A DNA stretch of 64,000 bases from Minutocellus sp. GHC0000111 (Eukaryota), in assembly GCA_977018835.1 (NCBI GenBank), contig OZ361256.1:7378001-7442000 (forward strand), in the 5' to 3' direction. The position numbers and the translations under genes were made by a program. Positions 56,144-64,000 of the stretch are shown one piece after another; position 1 is the first letter of the stretch; each line of letters starts with the position of its first letter. The notes under the pieces are model-generated. The model did no database searches. It was given only the letters and a program-made list of their open reading frames with translations, and was not told the DNA's origin.

Positions 56144-58866
56144 TCAAGGCATACCCGTACCTCCCATGGCGGCAGGAGTCGGGGGCAGTGTTGGTGGCTC
56201 AAATGAGCAGGAGTTGTCCATGCTTAGTCCTTGATACATCTCACTTTGTCCTCCCCAGTTGCGCTGTCTTCTGTATTGAACAAAATCAAATGAGTCGGAC
56301 TGTGTCTTCTTGTAGTACAGTCCACCAGCGATAGCACAAATCAGTGCAAACCAAGCGAATTTGTGACTCTTCTTTGTAGTGGACGAAGACGACGAGGAAG
56401 AATTAGATGGGGTGTAATTTGGCTTATTGTCGCTGTCGTCGGGGGGAGGTACGTACGGCTTCTTGCCACCACTGGATGTCGGCATCGGTACCGGTGCTGA
56501 CGGTTTGGGAGCTGGAGCGACGGGCGCCGGCGACGGCTGGGGAGCGGGGTCGTGGGGCGATGGACCAGGACGGGGCGGGCTAGGCGACGGTGGCATAGCA
56601 CCTCCGAGACAACCGCGGTCATACATTGTGTAGAAGTCCCAACTCTCCTTGGGAACTTCTCGCCCACAATCCAGCCGCCTGAATGCCGGAAAAGGGCCGG
56701 CATTACCACAAGAATCCTTGACAAAGTCACACTGGTTCTGGTTATCGAAGTCGATGCGGCTGAATTTCTCCAATAAATTCTTCTTGCAAGGATCATAAAA
56801 CTCATTCCAGGCATCGCAATCAATTTCATCGAGCGCCTTGCATGCATCAAGAGTTTCCGCTAAAAGCACCTTGAAATGGATAAACGATGCGCACATTGGG
56901 CAGTCCTTGCTGGCATCCGACGCGCACGCGCAGAAGGTTTCGGCGTTGGAGTAGAGATGGTTCGCCAGTGCCGCGATTGCCTCGGTGGGGGCATCGGGAT
57001 TTGCCTCGCTCTCCGGCGCCTTGATGGTGTCTGATAATATTCTCATGCAATCCAACGCCTTCCTACCGCCGTGCATATTGTCGTTGGCGTACGAATGAGC
57101 ACACGCCTCGAAGGCATCAAGCTTGCCAAAGTTATTCTCGTCGAAATCCGTCACCATTGCTTTTATCGTATCGACTTCAGAGCATTGGCTAAACTTCATT
57201 ACAGCTGCCGATCCCTTGAGTGTTTCATCGGCATTGCACTGTTTGGTGACACCATGCTCGTCCTTCTTGGGCGGTTGAGGTGGAACTCCTCCGCCTCCGG
57301 AGGGCAACTTGCTCTCGCAATATTCAGTAGGCTTCTCGTCGTCGACCGAGCAGCGGCAGAGTGCACAATCGATGAGTGCATTATATTGCATATTGGCAAA
57401 GCAAAAGGCCGGCGTGTCGTCTAGCAAGCAGGGAGAACACGTCTCCTCTTGCTCACAGGCGCCGATCTGGATGATGCACTTTTCCTTGATACAGCCCAGA
57501 AGGTCGTTGTAGCTTTTGTATTCGGGGTCGTTCTCGTGTCCACTGGTGGGGGGTCCGTCGCAAGTCTTTTCGCAGGCCTCACCAGCCGAGCTAAATGTGC
57601 AGTCCATCGGAGTCCCTACATCCGCAATCGATGGCGCACCGATCGTCAGAGCCTTGATCTCCCAGCTCACCTCGTTGCCCCAAATGCCACCCTTGACCTC
57701 GACGGAGTAGCACGATGGGGTGTTCTTGAGGCAGATGAACTCCGTTCCCTCTGATCCCTCCTTTAGTCCGCCCTCATAAACGACCTTGTCGCTGTCATCC
57801 TTGATACTCATGGTAGTTGCATCCCACCCATCGCCCCAGCTATCGTACTGGATGAGACGGTACACGGTCTCGTCCGTCCCGCACTTGACGTCAGAAGGCT
57901 GGGGCTGCGGTTCGGGCTCCGGTTCGTCCTTGCACTTGACCGTCAGGTTCGGGTCGCACTTGTCGCTGTCGGGATCGCGGCAGGCGTATCCATCCTGACC
58001 ACACACCACGTACTGACCTTCCCCTGCCATTTGCTGCTTGCAGGTGTCCTCGCAGCAATCGCCGCCGTCGTAGTTGCAGATGGCCGAATTGTAGCACCCT
58101 GGCAGTGCATCGTCACAGACACCGTTTCCCAGAAAGCTGGGGTGTTTCCCGGGCCAATCGCATTCCGTAAGGGCATCGCAATCGGGCTGCGTCTCATCGC
58201 CATCGCCCTCGCCATCGTCCGGAACGTCATCCTCATCTTCCCAAATCACACAGGAGTCAAAAGTATTGCAAAACACGTCCCTCTCGGCCTGATCGTTCTG
58301 CAGATCGGTACACTTGCCCTTGGCGGACAGGAACTTAATGACGTCCGGACAGGGGGTGTTGGCCGGCACCGACGCCCAATCGACGTCGTCGGCCTGCATG
58401 GTGGCAAAGCACGTGATGCACTTGGCGTGGGGCATGCAGTTCAGAAAGGCTGAGTCGCACCGCTCCTGTTCGTCGCCGCCGGATTGGAGGCGTCGTCGTT
58501 GTTTGGTGGAGTCATCGGCGGTACCCTTCGATGGAAGGAAGGTAAGCCGACCCCCATCGCTTTGCGACGGCGAGATACCGTCCCGGGCGGCAATTCTGAG
58601 GCAATAGGATGAATTGTCAAGAAGGTATACGTGTGAGCAATTGCAATTACCCGTATCTTGGAAACAAAGATTTATGCATGCGATCCCGTCTGCACGATTT
58701 GTTCTCATCAGACGTGGGCGTGCAGCTCTCGTCTCGCGTTGCGCCAGTTACCGATGCGGACTAGATCACCCCACACTTACCTTCTTACGATCGGGGAGAT
58801 CTCCGATAGGCCATCGGAGACGGCCAGGACGGCCGGCAGCAGTAGGAGCACCGTCCCGAACTTCAT
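56144..58866 (-). CDS. Cys-rich type I membrane protein with LNR/Notch-like repeat; intron 58596-58780
   Basis: Signal exon MKFGTVLLLLPAVLA, GTAAGT...CAG phase-2 intron; LGNGVCDD..CYNSAICNYDGGDCC; DSWGDGW motif; Pro-rich stalk, TM helix, cytoplasmic tail. Confidence 0.85.
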
Positions 58867-59060
58867 CGTGGAGACACGAAGTTCGTGAGAAATGAGCTTG
58901 CTGATCCTGCAGCTGAGTTTCCGTTTTACGTCAATGCTGTAGACTCTATGTGTTTGACTCGTTCGACTCATTCAGGCAGGATCGGATGAAAGATACACAC
59001 GGCTTGAGACGAGAACCAGTATGTCATGCATACCATTGGTATGAAGGTACGCCATTCATC

Positions 59061-59567
59061 ATGCCCTTGACCAGCACTTATTCATCAGCAGGCCTTGCCC
59101 TCGCTCTGATCGCCACGGCGACTTGCGCTGTCGCATTTACTGCTCCGACATCGTCTTCGGGCAGCAAAAGGAGGCGAACACCAACGCTACTTAGTCGCAT
59201 CTTTGCTACGTCTTCGGGTTCCGATGGCGGCATGCCCGTATTGCCATCCGATGTCGTCAAGTACAGCCAGGTTCCCAAAGAAGGATTCTTCGTCAAGGAC
59301 AAGATCCCCCGTGGACTGTTGAAGGATCATACAACAAAGGAAGGGACCTGGGGTGTCATCCGTATCAACGCTGGAAGGTTGCTTTACAGGATAGAAGAAC
59401 CACAACCGGCCTTGGAATTTGAATTGACTCCCGACGGTCCAGGTGGCATCATCGAACCAACAAGGCTGCACAGAGTAGCCCCGTTGACGGATGATGTTGA
59501 ATTTTGCGTAGAATTTCACAGATTGCCTGGCACTGGACCAGTCGACGAAAAACGAGAGGGATTGTAA
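59061..59567 (+). CDS. DUF1971 / TehB-YeaR-like cupin protein, plastid-type presequence
   Basis: IPRGLLKDHTTKEGTWGVI...GRLLY...IIEP..LHRV....DVEFCVEF; signal peptide then AVA-FTAP. Confidence 0.8.
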   Translation: MPLTSTYSSAGLALALIATATCAVAFTAPTSSSGSKRRRTPTLLSRIFATSSGSDGGMPVLPSDVVKYSQVPKEGFFVKDKIPRGLLKDHTTKEGTWGVIRINAGRLLYRIEEPQPALEFELTPDGPGGIIEPTRLHRVAPLTDDVEFCVEFHRLPGTGPVDEKREGL

Positions 59568-59737
59568 GAGTTGACGAGTCATGTTTGACTGACTTTGTGA
59601 GCGTAAATCTGCGCTACAATGATAATGTCCTGCATAGCTTGAAGGACAGTGAGCCGAGCAATGAACCATGCGTTGAAATAATAATAATTACAACTGCTGT
59701 CTTTAAATGGTAATCAATTTTCATTGCAGAAAAAGTA

Positions 59738-61492
59738 TCATTCTGATTGGCAACTGAACACGTGTATACTTCGACGAGTTGTAAGCAATATTTCATTCAA
59801 ACCATCGCCATCTAAATCCGCTGATGATATGGCATGTATTGGATAAGGCAGTTGGCAGCTCCAATACAATTTGTAATTTGAAGTGTTCTCGCCAGTTGGT
59901 TCAAATATCAGCACTCTGCCCGAATATGTACCAATGGCAACGCAAGTATTCGTCCCATTAGAGATTGATTTGACGCAAAGGACTCCATCCTCAGCACCAA
60001 TACGCCCACACCATAAATTGGAAATAATCTCCTCAGGTAAGCCAAAAGGTTCTTCGGCACCACCCGATTGGTGAAATGCACAGGCAAATCCGCACAGAGA
60101 ACCCACCACGAGAGTACATGATTTCTGTGGAATCGACGAATCAGCAATCACTGGCGATGGCATTTGTCTCGTTCTACTGCTAATGTCCAGGGTAACAATC
60201 GGCCCATCTACAACAAGGTCAGAGCTCCCAACCACTGTGAATTTATGCTCACTTTGGGAGGATTGTTCGTATGTGTACGATACAACCCTTACAATTCCGT
60301 CTTGACATCCCATGGCAATGTAATTGATTGGTGCGGAATCATTACTGCTTTCGTTCTCACCAGATCGGCTGGTGTTATACTCTGAATGTAGACAGTCAAT
60401 GGACATGATTGTACTTCTGAACGACAAAAGATTTTCACTCGTTTCTTCTTCTCCTTCTTCTTCCGAACTTGGCTTTGATGCCATAAAGATTGGTACTTCT
60501 TCGAGAACAAAGTGAGGTCGTAGTGCACCAAGACCAACAGCCCTATTGCTTGCATTGCTTTCCTCTCTTGGAATGTAGAGATGCAACCTTGAGTCATCGG
60601 CGCCACTGACAAAGACAGCAACTCTTTCTGTGCCATCCTTTTGGGCCAGAGCAGTTGTCCTAGTGGCCAGCGGTATGTAGTTCAGAGGTCTTTCGCATGT
60701 CACCATCATCGTTGCATCGTCCGAACCTCCAAACGGAGAGGGTATTGGTACTCGCAATCCGCTCAGAACAAGTATTGCCCTCGAAGCTTGCGAATCCATC
60801 CCAGATACTGAGGACGCATCAAAACCAGCGATGCTATCAATTGTCATGCTATCCAGTGAATCCACCACGCGGAGGGAGGAAGCCCCTGCTGATCCCGAAC
60901 CGCTGACATGACGTCTGTGCTGTTTTGGTTGTCTGTCTGACGATCCCCCCTCGGCGGCGGCGGTTGACGTATCGGTCGTAGCTCCATCGGAAGATTCCAT
61001 TCTTCTCAGCACAAAGGCTTCGGTGGCACCTGAAGATGATCTATCGCCCGAGGCACAATCGCGGTGTGGGAGGCATGAATGAGCAACGCATGTCAGCGAC
61101 GGGTCGTTCTCATCCTCCGCGGCGGCGGTAGCATCGCCAAGCATGTCAGCGAGAGCTTGATGCTGTCCACGAGGTAGCCCATTGCCTTCGTAGCAGTCAT
61201 AAATTGAATCAACTATCTCACCCTCCTCTCCCCTAGCAAGAATCTTCCGATACGATACAACCCCCACCTCAATTTGTTGCTTCGCTGTGGCACGTCTCGA
61301 GACGATCCTGACCTCACGTTTGTATTGGTCGTGTTTTCTCGTCGAGGTGTAAATGGGCTGCGAATCTGAGAGTGGTGTACAAATTTTAGCCCCAGAATAC
61401 ACTGTCGTCGGCGACGGAAGGTGGGTACAATAAGTCTCATGGTACCTGCCGCCGTCGGTGGTTCCGCGCTCGGAGGAGCACGCGTACGCCAT
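59738..61492 (-). CDS. Kaptin-like beta-propeller / FG-GAP protein
   Basis: SGADDSRLHLY, AMGCQDG, DGPI, DGVLC, GTYSGRVL, C-terminal DLDGDGLNEILLTTRRSIHVF resemble KPTN. Confidence 0.65.
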   Translation of the reverse strand: MAYACSSERGTTDGGRYHETYCTHLPSPTTVYSGAKICTPLSDSQPIYTSTRKHDQYKREVRIVSRRATAKQQIEVGVVSYRKILARGEEGEIVDSIYDCYEGNGLPRGQHQALADMLGDATAAAEDENDPSLTCVAHSCLPHRDCASGDRSSSGATEAFVLRRMESSDGATTDTSTAAAEGGSSDRQPKQHRRHVSGSGSAGASSLRVVDSLDSMTIDSIAGFDASSVSGMDSQASRAILVLSGLRVPIPSPFGGSDDATMMVTCERPLNYIPLATRTTALAQKDGTERVAVFVSGADDSRLHLYIPREESNASNRAVGLGALRPHFVLEEVPIFMASKPSSEEEGEEETSENLLSFRSTIMSIDCLHSEYNTSRSGENESSNDSAPINYIAMGCQDGIVRVVSYTYEQSSQSEHKFTVVGSSDLVVDGPIVTLDISSRTRQMPSPVIADSSIPQKSCTLVVGSLCGFACAFHQSGGAEEPFGLPEEIISNLWCGRIGAEDGVLCVKSISNGTNTCVAIGTYSGRVLIFEPTGENTSNYKLYWSCQLPYPIHAISSADLDGDGLNEILLTTRRSIHVFSCQSE

Positions 61493-61703
61493 CGTGGTGG
61501 TCAGAAGATGAGGCAGGCGTCAGGAAACAAGCAAGGAACCCGGAAATCCGACGAAAAAAGACAGCCGTACACGTACACGTACGTCGTAGCGCCGTACTAG
61601 TAGTAGCCAGCGAAGCCAGAGATGACACAACTCAACTCAGCAAAAAGTAGAACTCCACGCGTGCACGTATCAACCTGTCGGCCTGCCTGTCTCCTCCTTC
61701 CGG

Positions 61704-63251
61704 ATGCATCGGATATGCAGTTCGCTCCCCCGTCTCCTATTGACCTTTATTACTATCGTTACTGTTGCCCGAACGTCCAGCGTCGATTCCTTCAGCATTA
61801 TGAGCGGCAGTGCTTGTTGCAAGGCCAAGGCTGCCACGTCGCTTTCATCAGCACAATCATCTGCATCTGAAGCGATGATGAATGGAGCCGCTGATTCGGT
61901 GCAACCGCAATCGCCACCCGTTGCCAGCACCAAGACGAGCAAGCCTAAGCGTACATTTTACAGACGGCCAATTCCCGATACGTGCGTGGCACTGTCAAGT
62001 CCAGAGGGCAGAAAGATTTTTACATCTGCCCACAATTCGGGTGGTCTCAAATCGTTCTTTCCTCTCATGGAGCAGTTCTCGACGCAAACCGAACCAGCCT
62101 ACTGCGGTCCAACGACCCTGGTGGTCATTTTGAATGCACTGGCGGTAGATCCTCGGCGTACCTGGAAGGGGCCTTGGAGGTGGTACGAGGAAAGCTTTCT
62201 GAATTGTTGTGTTGATCTTGAGACGGTGAAGAAAACCGGCATAACACTGGGAACATTTGCGTGCTTGGCCAAATGCCAGGGCCTCACGGTAGAGGCTCAT
62301 CATGGATCGGATAAGTCGGTCGATGAGTTTCGTGATGCCGTCAAGGCTGCATGTTTGGAACATTCAACCAGCACCAACAACAATGGGAACAGCACCGCCA
62401 ATCACCAATTTCTTGCCGTCTCGTATACTCGCAAGGTTGTAGGTCAAACCGGAGATGGACATTTCAGTCCAATTGCTGCCTATGATGAAGCCAGTGACAG
62501 TGTGTTGGTGCTTGATACTGCTCGCTTCAAATATGGACCCCATTGGATGCCGTTGCAGGTGATGTATGATGCCCTCCAACCCATTGACAAGGCGACCGGC
62601 AAAAGTCGAGGATATGTTCTGCTTTCGTATGACTACAATGACCACGATCAATCCATAAATATGCCTCGATCCATTTTGTTCCGATCGAAGAAGGGTCAGG
62701 ACCCCACCCGACGACTGTTCAAGGAATACATGAATGAGATGTCGTACAAAGTTTCGTTTGAGGATACTGTGCTTTATTGGACAAAGGATGGACAAGATGT
62801 TGATTACATTTGGTCAATACTGGATGCTCAGCTTGTCCCAACAAGTGAAGAAGAGGAAGATGTCGTGACAAACGCACGATCTTTACTGACAGATCTCGTA
62901 GGCTATGTAAGTAGCAACGCGTCGCGGGCTGAGATCAAAGAGCGGTACGATGAGCGATTACTGTACGAGTCCAAGTCCATGTGTGCCGATTCTTGCTCGG
63001 GAAATTCTTGTGAGGACACATTTACTTCTCGAAAGATTGCAATTAGTTCTATTGAGGCGATTCTTGTGCTATACTTGTCGACATTGGAGACAGGTGAAAT
63101 TAGAAATTTATTCCAGAGCTTTCAAGAGGAAAGCGGCGAGAAAGACTATCCAAATTTGACCTATGAGCAGTTGATATGCGAGGCCGATTTGATTCGCTAT
63201 GCAATCGAAGCCAGTGATGAATCGGAAGATGATGCCTTTGGGAGTATGTAA
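61704..63251 (+). CDS. PCS: Phytochelatin synthase (glutathione gamma-glutamylcysteinyltransferase)
   Basis: FYRRPIP, QTEPAYCGPTTL (catalytic Cys), DPRRTWKGPWRWY, GHFSPIAAY (His), LDTARFKY (Asp). Confidence 0.95.
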   Translation: MHRICSSLPRLLLTFITIVTVARTSSVDSFSIMSGSACCKAKAATSLSSAQSSASEAMMNGAADSVQPQSPPVASTKTSKPKRTFYRRPIPDTCVALSSPEGRKIFTSAHNSGGLKSFFPLMEQFSTQTEPAYCGPTTLVVILNALAVDPRRTWKGPWRWYEESFLNCCVDLETVKKTGITLGTFACLAKCQGLTVEAHHGSDKSVDEFRDAVKAACLEHSTSTNNNGNSTANHQFLAVSYTRKVVGQTGDGHFSPIAAYDEASDSVLVLDTARFKYGPHWMPLQVMYDALQPIDKATGKSRGYVLLSYDYNDHDQSINMPRSILFRSKKGQDPTRRLFKEYMNEMSYKVSFEDTVLYWTKDGQDVDYIWSILDAQLVPTSEEEEDVVTNARSLLTDLVGYVSSNASRAEIKERYDERLLYESKSMCADSCSGNSCEDTFTSRKIAISSIEAILVLYLSTLETGEIRNLFQSFQEESGEKDYPNLTYEQLICEADLIRYAIEASDESEDDAFGSM

Positions 63252-63343
63252 AATCTACATGTATTAGAGTCAATATATATATATAAGTAAAGGATGAGTT
63301 ATATTCTCATATGATAACGTTCGTTCAAGTTCAACAATTATCA

Positions 63344-63800
63344 TCATTGCACCCTCGTAGCCTTGACGTCCAGCAACAAGCTCTCTCCCGGTATATCTTT
63401 CAACAATATCATGACCCGTCGTATCCGCTGCTTTGGTCCAAATCCAGATGGTACAGGGCCAGGCTTGCCATCTTCTACCCCATCCACATATGCCAGCTCG
63501 GGAGGGATGATGATGCGTCTTATGCCACCGACCATCATGCCTCTGATGCCTTCATCCAGTCCGGCAATCGCCCCCTTTGGATCTCCAACAGTGAAGATGA
63601 AGGGAACCCCTTCGTTCCGTTCGCTCGAATCGACAAGATATCCGTTACTTCTCTTCCCACTGAATATTTACCCGCTTGCCCTCCTCAACGACCTCACCCG
63701 AACCTGGTCGAAGGTCCTCATATGACACTCCTGCAGATTTAGTCTGACCGTCGCCACTAGGGCGAAGACCTCAAGAACGAGGTGCAATTGTTGTAGTTGC
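63344..63800 (-). CDS. FKBP-type peptidyl-prolyl isomerase (plastid-lumen-like), 5' part unresolved; frameshift near 63657
   Basis: GVSYEDLRPGSG..VEEGKRVNIQW / GYLVDSS...PFIFTVG...IAGLDEGIRGMMVGGIRRIIIPPELAY...LLLDV. Confidence 0.8.
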
Positions 63801-64000
63801 ATGAGTTGAGAAAGAAGATGCGATCTTCCTTTCGTTTGTATCGATATCGAGGTGTTTGTGCGGTATATTCACATACTTTCGCTGGATTGCTAGAAGTGTG
63901 CGTATGCTGTTTAGTCCCGGCGGAATTGAACAAGTGTCTGTCCGACCGAGACCCCCAATCGTTTTCTTCTCTGTTTTTGAGCACATGTGAATGCGCATCT

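Noticed and set aside
1..64000. tRNA or rRNA genes
   Set aside because: No cloverleaf with canonical D/T loops or rRNA-like segment was recognised by eye; a tRNAscan-SE/Infernal run would be needed to exclude them.

Overview
Gene-dense eukaryotic nuclear DNA from a diatom-like stramenopile. This is inferred from short GT-AG introns, bipartite signal+F/Y plastid presequences, a CBM20-TPS-TPP fusion and an LCIB/theta-type carbonic anhydrase. About 33 protein-coding loci are visible: plastid RF1, HMG-box protein, GNAT, a kinase with very large insertions, TPS/TPP, QueA-like, GH99-like, MiaA, cactin, Ni/Co transporter, two sulfotransferase-like genes, PWI/SRRM1, ATG12, LCB1, SURF6, RanBP2-ZnF, MTD1-like, DUF6816-like, L2HGDH-like, theta-CA, PAN/apple, LNR-like membrane protein, DUF1971 cupin, kaptin-like, phytochelatin synthase and FKBP. 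The standout is a ~2.7 kb intact tyrosine-recombinase (Crypton-like) element at 36281-38984. It is bounded by a 7-bp direct repeat, and its ends, if joined as a circle, build a loxP/dif-like site (15-bp inverted arms around a 7-bp spacer). It carries two extra internal copies of the arm motif, and a 166-bp copy of its own ORF tail lies just outside the left end. Many conserved genes carry frameshifts, in-frame stops or deletions, so the consensus is probably error-prone and such lesions should be treated with caution.
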